From: a virus | Lineage: Duplodnaviria; Caudoviricetes | Length of the DNA stretch: 64,000 bases | Strand: one strand, 5' to 3' | Virus record (IMG/VR): IMGVR_UViG_2802429331_000008 | Shown here: one piece after another, positions 9,371 through 19,131 of the stretch | How positions within the stretch are numbered: position 1 is the first letter of the stretch | Layout of the letters: each line of letters starts with the position of its first letter | Translations under genes and position numbers: made by a program | Notes under the pieces: model-generated | Databases searched by the model: none | What the model was told of the DNA's origin: nothing | The model's input: the letters and a program-made list of their open reading frames with translations, nothing else

Positions 9371-10533
9371 CAGCGGCTGAATTCGTGTTGTCGCTGGGCT
9401 TGACGGCCGTGGCTGGTGGGTGGGGTACATCTGGTGGGTGCGGTATCCGCAAGGCGGTGGGCTGACCGCCGAGCGACGGATGTTGCGGGAGCGGTTGCGG
9501 CTGGAAGCCGCGGACGCTTTCGCCCGGGGCGAGGACAATGCGGTGATCGCCCACCGGCTGCGAGTCAGCGTGCGGTCGGTGCAACGGTGGCGCCAGGCGT
9601 GGGGATCGGCGGGGCGGGAAGCGTTGCGGTCCAAGGGCCCCGCGTCGCTGCCGTTGCTGTCCGACGAACAGTTCCAGGTACTCGAACACGAGCTGGCCAA
9701 GGGCCCGGCCGAGCACGGCTGGCCGGACCAGAAATGGACTCTGGCCAGGATCAAGACCGTGATCGGGCGCCGGTTCCACATCTCCTACACGATCAAGGGG
9801 GTGTCGTTGTTGTTGCACCGGCACGGGTGGAGCCGTCAGCAACCTGCCCGCCGGGCGGTCGAACGCGACGACGCGGCGGTCGCGACGTGGGTGAAGGACG
9901 TGTGGCCGCACGTAAAACCGCCGCGGCGGCGCTCGGAGCCTGGGTCGTGTTCGAAGACGAAGCCGGGTTCACGATGACGCCGCCGACCGCACGGACCTGG
10001 GCGCCACGCGGGCACACCCCGATCGTGCGGGTCCGGGGCCGAACCACCCGCCGGATATCGATCGCCGCGCTGACCTGCTACAAGCCCGGCCATCGGTCCC
10101 GGCTGATCTGGCGACCGTATCGGCACGACCGAAATAGTTCGGGCAGGAAGAGCTTCGCCTGGACCGACTACCGGGACCTGCTCATCGCCGCCCACCGGCA
10201 ACTCGGCGGGCCGATCGTGGTCTGCTGGGACAACCTCAACACCCACCTCACCGCCGGCATGCGCCGATTCGTCACCGGCCACGACTGGCTCACTGTCTAC
10301 CAACTGCCCGCCTACGCGCCCGATCTGAATCCGACCGAAGGCATCTGGTCACTACTGCGGCGAGGCCGGCTGGCCAACCGCATCATCACCGACCCCGACC
10401 ACCTCATGCGCATCGTGCGCAGCGACCTGCACCGCATCGGCTACCACCCCAACCTGATCGACGGCTGCCTCACCGCAACCGGACTCACACCCACCCCGAA
10501 ACGATCATGACGACAACACGAAATCAGCCTCTG
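9371..10533 (+). mobile_element. IS630-family insertion sequence
   Basis: 23-bp TIRs CAG[C/A]GGCTGA[A/T]TTCGTGTTGTCG, TA duplication at 9369-9370 and 10534-10535. Confidence 0.93.
9420..10510 (+). CDS. IS630 transposase, HTH ORF (9420-9977) and DDE ORF joined by -1 frameshift near 9912-9917 (GTAAAA)
   Basis: FEDEAGF, WDNLNTH, PAYAPDLNPTEGIW motifs; N-terminal HTH in a different frame. Confidence 0.88.
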
Positions 10534-10770
10534 TAACGGCTGGACCTTTCACCGCACCGATGTGAGCCACTTCTTCGACAAACGCGTTTCAGGTGCCGAA
10601 TACCTGGTGATCACGCTGCCCTCCAACGCGATATGGCTACGCCTGGATCTCGACGGATACGTCACCGACGGACGTGTCACCGACACACCTGAGATCGCCT
10701 TGGACGAGGCCGACCAGGACTCGCGCTGAATAGCCGCTACAGCGGCCAACTCCGATCCGCAAGGACACCT

Positions 10771-11111
10771 ATGTCCGAAAGGTCAGACGAGCTGAAGCCC
10801 GGCGATCTCGTCAGATACCACGGGTCGATCCGAGTCGATCACGGTGAATGGGTGGTCCTCGAGGTCACTCGATCCCCGATACGACCGCACATCCGCTACA
10901 CCTGATCGACCCGGACTACTCCGGCTACCACCGGCTGGAACACGTCCGGCCGGAGTCGGTAACGCCGACCGGCCATCAGCTACAGATCTGCGTCTGCGGC
11001 AAAGGGCTTGCAGCGCATCACAACACACCTCCGTCGAGGACGAACCTCGCCGCCTGGTCGGCGTTCGTTCCCTGCGACCCCGCCTATATCACCGAGGAAA
11101 CGAGATCATGA
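10771..11111 (+). pseudogene. hypothetical phage protein with 1-nt frameshift near 10901
   Basis: MSERSDELKPGDLVRYHGS..RYT* continues as LIDPDYSGYHRLEHVRPES in another frame. Confidence 0.55.
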
Positions 11112-11749
11112 GCGATCCCAACCATCCCACCATTCTCAGCCGCGCCTACACCATCGCTCGCCACCTCGGCGGCGACTGGGTGGCGACCCAGTCGCTCGCC
11201 ATGAACGAAGCCGTGTTGCGGGCCGCGATGCGCCGCTGCATGGTCATCAGCGAATACCAGTCTGGTGACCTTCGTATCAGAGCCGTGGTCCCCAACGACC
11301 TTCACCGCTTCGTCGGCCCGGATCAGCTCGACCACCACCTGAATATTGCAGCCGACACCCCGGACGACCGGATCTGCGCCCAGATCACCGAAGCGTTCCT
11401 CAATAAGGAGGATCCCGCTAGCTACGAATCCATACTGACCACAGCGATCGACGCCGAGGCAGAAGAAACACGCCAAGCCGTGGGGAGTCGAGAACTGGCG
11501 GCCAACATCGCCGAGCGCCTCTTCGGGTCAGCGGCAGCTGATGTGTTCGTCGATGCCGGGCGGGTACAGATGACGCTCGACGGTGCTGGCGTGCGATTCG
11601 TACAGGCCCTGACCGACCACAGCCTCGGCGGGGATCAGAGCGCCACGGTCATCGACGGCACACGCCTCGTCGTCGATGTGGACCACGCCCACACTCTCGG
11701 CCTGGTCGAGCGGATCGCCGCCTACATCTCCGAAACCCGCAGCAACTGA
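11108..11749 (+). CDS. hypothetical protein
   Basis: GAGG RBS, ATGA coupling, 213 aa. Confidence 0.65.
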   Translation: MSDPNHPTILSRAYTIARHLGGDWVATQSLAMNEAVLRAAMRRCMVISEYQSGDLRIRAVVPNDLHRFVGPDQLDHHLNIAADTPDDRICAQITEAFLNKEDPASYESILTTAIDAEAEETRQAVGSRELAANIAERLFGSAAADVFVDAGRVQMTLDGAGVRFVQALTDHSLGGDQSATVIDGTRLVVDVDHAHTLGLVERIAAYISETRSN

Positions 11750-11807
11750 CCCACTGCCCGGCGGCGTGCCCAAGCCCGCCGCCGGGCCCGACGATCTGGG
11801 AGTACTC

Positions 11808-12362
11808 ATGTCGGACATCACCCTCGCCGAAACATCGATACGGACACCCCGCGGCGACACCGTGCTCGCCGTGTCCGGTCCGATCTGCGGACGAGTCAGC
11901 GTCCGCTACGACCCCTACGTCCTGGAAGCCCCGACCGGCGGTGGCTGGCAGCTGTACATCAACTACGCCCCCACCGTGCGCCTGGAGGACGGCACCATCA
12001 ACCGGAAAATGATCTATCTCGACGGCAGCGATGGCAGCCAGCGCGGCAAATACTCTGGCGCTGCACGGATTTGGGCGGAACTCGATCGATACGACTCCTA
12101 CCACATTCAGGGCAACATCTATTTTGTCGAGTATCGCCGTCACGGCAGCGTCGAGACCGCCCCGATGCGCAGCCACGCGTCCCTCGAACGACTGGCCGAG
12201 GCGGTTCTGAGCTACTGGCACACCCCGCAACGGCTGCATATCGCCAAGCTCGCTCACGCCCGCACCTGCATCGCTGCCATCCGACGGCAGATCACCAGCC
12301 AGACCGAATCCCTCCGCGTGGCCTCCGAGTACCTAGAACAACTTGAGCAGATTCAGCACTGA
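11808..12362 (+). CDS. hypothetical protein
   Basis: GGGAG RBS, 184 aa. Confidence 0.65.
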   Translation: MSDITLAETSIRTPRGDTVLAVSGPICGRVSVRYDPYVLEAPTGGGWQLYINYAPTVRLEDGTINRKMIYLDGSDGSQRGKYSGAARIWAELDRYDSYHIQGNIYFVEYRRHGSVETAPMRSHASLERLAEAVLSYWHTPQRLHIAKLAHARTCIAAIRRQITSQTESLRVASEYLEQLEQIQH

Positions 12363-12414
12363 CGAGGAACCGCTATGTCCGAAACGCCCAATCCTTGGCG
12401 TGCGAGGACATCCG

Positions 12415-12990
12415 TCAATAGAGGTGCAATGAGTGCCGGATCCGGTCGATCAGCCGTGGAGTGTGCTCGCAGTCTCGGATGCATCGATATGGTGATCCGG
12501 TCAGTGAGGGCCAGGTGAGGCGGCTGGCGGCACTGCCGCTGGCGGTGAGTTCACGGCGGGTCGGGGCCTGGATCCGGTCGAGGAGGGTGGTCACCTGGAC
12601 ACCGAGCAGGTCAGCGACAGCAGTCGCATCGACTTCGGCGTCGTCGGAGGCGCTGTCGGCACGGACCGCGGCAAGGAAGGTGTCCATCGTGACCAGTGTT
12701 CGGGCGGTGTGACGGCGGATTCGTGCCTCGAAATGCTCGGCCGATTCTCCCCGGCGAGGAAGACGAACATAGTGCTCGATCTGGTGGGTGACGTGGTCGT
12801 GGGCTTCGATCTCCGTGAGGTCATCGCCGACGAGGATCACACCGTCTGCGCGCCCGAGCATCGACCCGACGCCTGGACCGAGGTCACCATAGATGATGTC
12901 CAGGCCGAGCCGATCGGCTCGGCCGTAGGAGTCGACACGCCGGAAAACACCGTGACCTGCTAATAGGCTGTAGTGGCGATTGCGCGTCAT
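12415..12990 (-). CDS. ImmA/IrrE-like protein with HQxxH instead of HExxH
   Basis: VTHQIEH, EARIRRHTARTLV, VADLLGV..LLDR pattern; downstream of an XRE gene. Confidence 0.6.
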   Translation of the reverse strand: MTRNRHYSLLAGHGVFRRVDSYGRADRLGLDIIYGDLGPGVGSMLGRADGVILVGDDLTEIEAHDHVTHQIEHYVRLPRRGESAEHFEARIRRHTARTLVTMDTFLAAVRADSASDDAEVDATAVADLLGVQVTTLLDRIQAPTRRELTASGSAASRLTWPSLTGSPYRCIRDCEHTPRLIDRIRHSLHLY

Positions 12991-12998
12991 CCGGCGGC

Positions 12999-13382
12999 TT
13001 ACTTTCGCTGTGTCGCGCTGCGGAACTCGGCGATTATGTTCCGGATCTGCCGTTGCTGATCCTGGGCCAAGTCACCTAGGTAGACGACCTCGTCGTCGGG
13101 AACAAGCGGAGCATGTCCGAACAGACTCAGCACACGGTCGGCGCGGTCTGTGTCGAGCCCGAGAGCAGCGAACCATCGGATCAGCACGCTGCGGCTGGGC
13201 CGTGTGGGACGTAGTTCGCCGCGATGATGAGCGCGGCCGTGCTCGATCTGCTCGACTCGCGACGAGGACAGGCGTGCCGCGTCGGCCATCTGTTGCCTCG
13301 TCAGGTCGGCTTGGATCCGGGCGTCTTTGAGGATCTGGCCCGCCGCACGCGCCTTATCGAAGTCGGTGACGGTGTCCTCCAT
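12999..13382 (-). CDS. second XRE-family HTH repressor
   Basis: LKDARIQADLTRQQMADAARLSSSRVEQIEHG. Confidence 0.8.
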   Translation of the reverse strand: MEDTVTDFDKARAAGQILKDARIQADLTRQQMADAARLSSSRVEQIEHGRAHHRGELRPTRPSRSVLIRWFAALGLDTDRADRVLSLFGHAPLVPDDEVVYLGDLAQDQQRQIRNIIAEFRSATQRK

Positions 13383-13711
13383 ACCCACGAGGCTAGCAGT
13401 GTTGTGTATCCGTTGGGCTCGTGCACACCGGCGGATCGCCATGCTACCCGCGGATGAAATCTGTCATATCCGCTGGTAGATGCCGATTTTTGAGCTTGGT
13501 TGTGTGATGGTTGTGCAATCCAAATCAGAGGGTTATTGTGTGTTGGTTGGTAACTCCAGGTGGGTTGCATCATCAGCTGACGCGACGACGGCCGAGATCA
13601 GATCCCAGTCTTACCAGCGAGAACGAGAAAGCCCGACCGCGACATTTCCCTACGCCATAGGGTCGCGGATCGGGCTCTCGATTAACCATGTCGAGAAGAA
13701 GGCCCACGCAA

Positions 13712-13981
13712 ATGAACGCCTTGCAATCGACGGGTCGCGCCCATCGTACATCCAGACGCGAACACCGTCATACCTATCTACCACGGCTCGCTCACACGGC
13801 GATCGGCGGCGAAGCATTCCGCCCGGACAGCTACTGGATGCCTCGGCGACGAGTTGCCGCAGCCAGTCTCGTCGGGAGCGTTCTTGTCGGCGCGCTCCTG
13901 GCGGCCATCGTGATGCTGCTGATCCTGGAGGGGCTCGCCGGGACCGGCCTGGCCGCAGCCGTTGCCCAGCTGGCGCGGTGA
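13712..13981 (+). CDS. hypothetical membrane protein
   Basis: GAAGG RBS, C-terminal TM segment. Confidence 0.55.
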   Translation: MNALQSTGRAHRTSRREHRHTYLPRLAHTAIGGEAFRPDSYWMPRRRVAAASLVGSVLVGALLAAIVMLLILEGLAGTGLAAAVAQLAR

Positions 13982-14538
13982 TGGCCGTGCCCGATCAGTC
14001 CGCTCAGCGCGCCGACGAGCTGACACTGCGCATCGCCGTCGCTGGGGTGCTCGGCACCGCCGCCACCGATGTCTTCAGAACGGGAAAGGCTGAGTTCGCA
14101 CAGTCCCACCTGAGCGGGGAACGCCGAATCGTCACCTCTCACCGCCGGGACAGCAACGGTGACCCGATCCGGCTCGGTGCCGTGTCCGTCGTCGAGGGAA
14201 GCACCTCCGTCATGGTTACCGATCCGGCGGCCGTCGTGGCGTGGCTGCGCGACAACTACAACGCAGACCCTGAAGAGGCGCTCGAGATGGTGCCGCAGTT
14301 GACCCGGCAGTGGATGAAGACGGTCGAGCAAGCAGCGAAAGCTGCGGCCACAGCGGGCAAACCGCTACCGCCCGGTATCGCCGTCCACGTCGGTGATCCG
14401 CATGCCCGTTTCGAACGTCAGAAGGACGTCGACGCGGTCGCCGAGGTCGCCGCCATGATCCGTGACAAGGTCCTCGACCTCACTGCCGTATTGGCGCTGC
14501 CCGCCGCACCCCCAGCCTCGGCGGAGGAGACTCCATGA
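13981..14538 (+). CDS. hypothetical phage protein
   Basis: VTDPAAVVAWL..PPGI pattern seen in phage recombination-module proteins. Confidence 0.65.
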   Translation: MAVPDQSAQRADELTLRIAVAGVLGTAATDVFRTGKAEFAQSHLSGERRIVTSHRRDSNGDPIRLGAVSVVEGSTSVMVTDPAAVVAWLRDNYNADPEEALEMVPQLTRQWMKTVEQAAKAAATAGKPLPPGIAVHVGDPHARFERQKDVDAVAEVAAMIRDKVLDLTAVLALPAAPPASAEETP

Positions 14539-14837
14539 CGGGCAAGGAGCGACCGGTCGACCGCCGCAGCGCTGCCCGCCGCGCCCGGGTACTGAGCCGC
14601 CGCGCCGAATGCGTCATCGGTGCGAACGGCCGCCGTTTCCATCCCCATGCCCCCTCCCACGGGTACAGCACCTACACCGGGTGGGGCTGCCAGTGCGACA
14701 CGTGCAGCGCGGATATGACGCGCTACCAGGCTGATTACCAGCATCGCCGCCGGGCCAACGACGGCGAACCGCTCGGCCAGCGGGCCAAGCGCCAGCCAGA
14801 ACCGCTCCCGCCGACCGAATTGCCCACCGCCGCCTAG
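14535..14837 (+). CDS. small Cys/His zinc-binding protein
   Basis: HG..TYTGWGCQCDTC motif; GGAGG RBS. Confidence 0.65.
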   Translation: MTGKERPVDRRSAARRARVLSRRAECVIGANGRRFHPHAPSHGYSTYTGWGCQCDTCSADMTRYQADYQHRRRANDGEPLGQRAKRQPEPLPPTELPTAA

Positions 14838-14915
14838 ACATATCCGACACATCGCATCGGCGTGACCGCCACACGGTCACGCCGGTCCCGACCATGCCTT
14901 TCGGAGACCGCATTC

Positions 14916-15956
14916 ATGGCCGACCCCAACGATTTCGGCATCAAGACCCGCAGACCTACTGGCGCCGTGCCCTGGCCGCTGATCCTGCTCGAAGGTGAAG
15001 ACAAAGCTGGAAAGAGCTGGGCAGCAGCACAATTCACCGCACATGAGGGCCTCGGCGAGAGGTTCTGGATCGATGTCGGCGAAGGAGCCGCCGATGAGTA
15101 CTACGCCATCCCCGGCGCGGATTACCTCGTGATCGAGCACGACGGCACCTTCGACGACATCCTCGCCCAGGTGCGGGCTGTGCGCCGCCAAGCTGCCAGC
15201 GTCGACGTCGCCGACGGCGGAAAACCGACCCTGTTGGTCATCGACTCCATGACCAACATCTGGCAGCAGCTCAAGGAATGGACCCATCAGCGTGCCCAGA
15301 AGTCACGTTCGGGCCAGAGGCAGCGCGCCGCCGACCCGGACGCACCGGTCAGGGCCGCGCCCACCTTCTGGAACGACACCCACGCTCGCAACCAGACGCT
15401 GATGGATCTGCTGATGACCTTTCCCGGCATCGTCGTGATAACCGCCCGCGGCAAAGAGGTGTCCGCTATCGGGGACGACGGGAATCCGATTGAGGGACAA
15501 AGGGAATGGAAGGTAGAAGCATCGAAAAATATCGGGTTCGAGTCCACAGGATGGGTGCGGTTGCGCCGGACAGAGCCACCGACCGTAGTCGGTGTGCGCA
15601 GCGTCCACGCAGGAATCCGCCCAGGGGTGGACAAGCCCCTCGTCAAACCCGATTTCTCACTGGAATGGCTGATCTTCGACTACATGCGCTGCGATCCGGC
15701 GTCGGCGTACGTTCGCGATCTGAAGGTGTCGGAAGAGTCCACCCTCATGAAGATCGACGCAGCCACCGACCTGGACACCGTCGAAGAGGTCACCAAGGAG
15801 TTCCGCGCCATATACGGCCGTCAACTCCGCGTCGAACGTGCGGCAGCACAGCGCTGGCGATACCTGAAGGCACTGCGGGAGCAGGCCGCTGCTGAGGGAG
15901 AGTCATCGGGCCACACCGCCGACAGCGACTCCACCGATACCGAGCAGGCGACATGA
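14916..15956 (+). CDS. AAA/RecA-fold ATPase (Sak4-like recombination protein)
   Basis: Walker A GEDKAGKS, Walker B LLVIDS. Confidence 0.8.
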   Translation: MADPNDFGIKTRRPTGAVPWPLILLEGEDKAGKSWAAAQFTAHEGLGERFWIDVGEGAADEYYAIPGADYLVIEHDGTFDDILAQVRAVRRQAASVDVADGGKPTLLVIDSMTNIWQQLKEWTHQRAQKSRSGQRQRAADPDAPVRAAPTFWNDTHARNQTLMDLLMTFPGIVVITARGKEVSAIGDDGNPIEGQREWKVEASKNIGFESTGWVRLRRTEPPTVVGVRSVHAGIRPGVDKPLVKPDFSLEWLIFDYMRCDPASAYVRDLKVSEESTLMKIDAATDLDTVEEVTKEFRAIYGRQLRVERAAAQRWRYLKALREQAAAEGESSGHTADSDSTDTEQAT

Positions 15957-16068
15957 CCTCCACTGTTCTTGCTGTCTTGACCCTAGTCTGCACCGGATTC
16001 TGGGCCGGACGACTGTCCGTCGTCGCGTGGCCACCCGCCCGTCACGGACACGGAAAATGGGGAAACCT

Positions 16069-16299
16069 ATGAGTCCCCGCCTGAATCGAGATAGACGCGA
16101 CATCCGGTACGCGTTATCGACAGGCTGGCGATTCGACGGTCCCACCAAACGAGGGCATCTGCGATTCACGCATCCGCAGACCACCGACGTGCTCGTCCTG
16201 TGCAGCAAGACCGGTGATTGGCGCGCTGAGAAGAACGCTATCGCCTGGCTAAAACGGCATAACCCCCGACGAACCGGAACGAGTCGCGGCCTCACCTGA
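16069..16299 (+). CDS. HicA-like protein
   Basis: GW...TKRGHLRFTHP..GDWRAEKN. Confidence 0.65.
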   Translation: MSPRLNRDRRDIRYALSTGWRFDGPTKRGHLRFTHPQTTDVLVLCSKTGDWRAEKNAIAWLKRHNPRRTGTSRGLT

Positions 16300-16363
16300 G
16301 CGCCTGCGAACAGCGTTCGACCTCGAACCAAAATCTGCACACCAACGAAACACGAGACACGCT

Positions 16364-17329
16364 ATGGGACAACACATCATCGACGACCCGGATATCCGAG
16401 CACTCACACCAGCCGGTCAACATCTGCTGCTAATGCTCGATCAGCTCGTGCAGACGCAGACACCCACTCGGCACGCCGGGGTGCTGGTGTGGGAGCCCGA
16501 TCACCTCGCCCGACTCGCGCACGGCTGGACCGCCGACCAGGTCGTTTCGGCAGCGGCAGAGCTGGAAAGCGCCGGCTTGGTGCTGGTCGACACCGCTGCC
16601 CGTGAGCTGTGGTTGACCCGCCATATCGGCACCGGGCTCGCGGTCCGGTCGCCGAAGATGCGGCCCGCCGTCGCGAAAGCGATCGCCCTGATCCGGTCGC
16701 CTCGCCTGCGGGCGGCGGCAGTCGCGGTCCTGTCCGGGCTGGCGTCGGCCAACCCGTCGGGATGGTTGCACCCGGATGTCGTTGCGGTACTCCGAATCGG
16801 CACCGATACCCCCAGCGATACGGTATATCGAAAGGCTTCTGATACCGTATCGCCCGGTAAATCTCGTGGGATATCCCCTAAAGGGGATACCCCACGAAAA
16901 GGAGACAAGAAAACCACTAACGTGGTTTTCTTTCGTAGCGGTCGGCGTGAAAAATTGTCCGACACGCCCCGATCGTCGTTGATTGATTTTGCCCCGTCGA
17001 TGAAGGCCCGCCGCTGGGCGGCCTGCAAATGCCCATCGGTGGATATCGCGACCGCGACGGCTCAGTGGCGGAATTACAATCTGGCCGCCGGTCGGTCCTA
17101 CGCCGACCCCGAGCGTGCGTGGTACGGGTGGATGCGCCGTGCTGAACAGCTGGCGAGTGTCCGCGTCAGCACCGGACGGCCGCTGCTGATCACCCATCTT
17201 GGTCCGACTCCGACGCCACCCCCAGCAGCGGTGGTTCTCGCCGGAGCCAGGGTCACGCCTGCGTCGACGGAGCACCGGCAAATGATGATGGCTCAGATAC
17301 GGCGCACCATTTCCGGTATCTCTGCCTGA
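16364..17329 (+). CDS. replication initiator (RepA/O-like)
   Basis: DDPDIRALTPAGQHL..AGVLVW..LESAGLV N-terminus, internal iterons, C-terminal WYGWMRRA. Confidence 0.7.
   Translation: MGQHIIDDPDIRALTPAGQHLLLMLDQLVQTQTPTRHAGVLVWEPDHLARLAHGWTADQVVSAAAELESAGLVLVDTAARELWLTRHIGTGLAVRSPKMRPAVAKAIALIRSPRLRAAAVAVLSGLASANPSGWLHPDVVAVLRIGTDTPSDTVYRKASDTVSPGKSRGISPKGDTPRKGDKKTTNVVFFRSGRREKLSDTPRSSLIDFAPSMKARRWAACKCPSVDIATATAQWRNYNLAAGRSYADPERAWYGWMRRAEQLASVRVSTGRPLLITHLGPTPTPPPAAVVLAGARVTPASTEHRQMMMAQIRRTISGISA
16804..16893. repeat. GATAC/GTATC iteron-like repeats, probable phage origin
   Basis: CGATACC, CGATACGGTATATCG, GATACCGTATCG, GGGATATCCC, GGGGATACCCC within the initiator gene. Confidence 0.55.
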
Positions 17330-17459
17330 AAAAGTAATACCGAATTCCGGAATCAATGCGATTGGCTGTATATGTGTGCAATAATTTGAGTGGGTGAAAT
17401 TTCCTACGCCAATACGGAGAGATTCGGCACCCAAGAATGATATCGAGAAAGGCCCACGC

Positions 17460-17909
17460 ATGACTGAAACCGCCATAGCCGCCACCCGTGATGGAAGATT
17501 CGGCAAGGCGAGCTCGAAAAAGTTGGCACCTGTGATCAGCAGTTTGAGTATCGATCTCATCGATCATCTACCCGCCCGCGAGATCGCCGTCCGCCTGGGT
17601 GTTCCCCGCCATCCGGACTTGGTAGTCAACGCCGCCTCCACCGACAGTTACTGGCTGCACCTGCGCACAAGCGACGGCGAAGCGGTCACTTGGGAATCCA
17701 CCTGGACTGCTGCCGATCTGGACGGCGAGACGATCGTGCAGACTGCCAACGGCACCTTCGCTGACCTGGTTGCGAGAATGACCGACATCCTCGGCCGCGC
17801 CGACCGTCTGCGCATCCCGGCCCAACCTGTACACCTCGAGATCTCCCGATGGGCGCTGCACTACCAGTTGACCAACGACATTCAGGCGCGGAAAGCGGTC
17901 GCGTCGTGA
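17460..17909 (+). CDS. hypothetical protein
   Basis: GAAAGG RBS, 149 aa. Confidence 0.6.
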   Translation: MTETAIAATRDGRFGKASSKKLAPVISSLSIDLIDHLPAREIAVRLGVPRHPDLVVNAASTDSYWLHLRTSDGEAVTWESTWTAADLDGETIVQTANGTFADLVARMTDILGRADRLRIPAQPVHLEISRWALHYQLTNDIQARKAVAS

Positions 17910-18391
17910 TCTTCGAAGCCTCCGACCTGATCTCCCACCTCGCCCTGCATGTGCTGACGACCAATACCGTCGACCAGGATCAGCCGCCGGTGATGTTCGC
18001 AGTCCACGGCACCGCCGATCGGCCGTCCTTGGGGTGCAAGGCAAGCATGGCTGATTGCGCGCTCGAAGAACTCGCGGCGATCTTGCCGATTGCCGCGTCG
18101 GACATGCGGGACCATGCGGGCAGATGCCCAGCTCATCCCGGCCCGCTGACCGGATTCGGGCTCCGCCTGGAAACACGAGCGATCTGCACAGGGCATGACG
18201 ACCGTCTCGGCTGTCCTGGCATGCACGATGTCGGGATCGTGTGGGTGGCCACTCGCTGGCGCGGATTCTGGTGGGTCGAACTCGAACACGACACAGGCAA
18301 GATCTTCCGCCGACCCTTCACACCGGACAACCTGACCGAGATTCCCCGAGAAATAGCCGACACCCTGACACGGTGTGCCCTCCAGCTCTGA
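17906..18391 (+). CDS. hypothetical protein
   Basis: GTGA coupling. Confidence 0.55.
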   Translation: MIFEASDLISHLALHVLTTNTVDQDQPPVMFAVHGTADRPSLGCKASMADCALEELAAILPIAASDMRDHAGRCPAHPGPLTGFGLRLETRAICTGHDDRLGCPGMHDVGIVWVATRWRGFWWVELEHDTGKIFRRPFTPDNLTEIPREIADTLTRCALQL

Positions 18392-18529
18392 CCGACGGCC
18401 ACACCCCGAAGCAAGCCGCCGACCGACTGTCGGCGCTGATCCGCTCGACCATCCCTCGATGAATCAGCACCGGGCCGCCTACCAGTGGTAGGCGGCCCGC
18501 ATCAACCATCGCACTTTTGAGGACACCTG

Positions 18530-19051
18530 ATGACCGATACTCCTTGGCCGATGGGCGATCTCGGCCCTGGCCTGTACACCCTGACCTCCCCCGGCGGCAC
18601 CGGCTTGGCCGTGGTGACCGACGACGGCCGCCTCCTCGTTCAGTTGGACGACGTCGACACGTCGGCGCCGAGCGACAGGTGGGAGGACATGACCCAGATC
18701 TACCGAAAAGGCACCCGGTGGTCGTTCGTCAAGCACACGCGACCGCTGCCGGATCGCATGCGTGAGGCTGCGGAAACTCTCGGTGATGCAGAGACTTTCG
18801 GCCGCCAACACCTCGATGCGGGCTCATACGATCTCAGACTGTGGACGACGGACGATCTCCTACGGCTCGCCACCGAGTTCGAGAACCTGGACCGAGACCG
18901 GCAGCTTGCCTCGAGAGCCATCACCGATCTGCTTGAAGACATTCTCGAAGAACACGAAGACGGCCCGCCCGCACGGCAACAGGCGGAGCGCATCGCCGGA
19001 GTCCTAATGGAACACCCCGCCTTGTCGATCCGCCCGATACCACCGTTCTGA
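18530..19051 (+). CDS. hypothetical protein
   Basis: GAGGA RBS, 173 aa. Confidence 0.65.
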   Translation: MTDTPWPMGDLGPGLYTLTSPGGTGLAVVTDDGRLLVQLDDVDTSAPSDRWEDMTQIYRKGTRWSFVKHTRPLPDRMREAAETLGDAETFGRQHLDAGSYDLRLWTTDDLLRLATEFENLDRDRQLASRAITDLLEDILEEHEDGPPARQQAERIAGVLMEHPALSIRPIPPF

Positions 19052-19073
19052 TCCGTCGCCCTCGTAGACACCA

Positions 19074-19119
19074 AGAGCGCCTCTGCCGCCCGCACTTTCG
19101 AGGGTGGCAGGGGCGCTCT
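19074..19119. terminator. hairpin between convergent early and late operons
   Basis: AGAGCGCCTCTGCCGCCC-N10-GGGTGGCAGGGGCGCTCT. Confidence 0.75.
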
Positions 19120-19131
19120 GCGATTCGATGG

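Larger units (their letters stand above)
9346..10729 (+). pseudogene. 72-aa phage gene interrupted by IS630
   Basis: Removing the IS and one TA restores an open frame MDVETAAANGWTFHRTDVSHFFDKR...DQDSR*. Confidence 0.8.
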
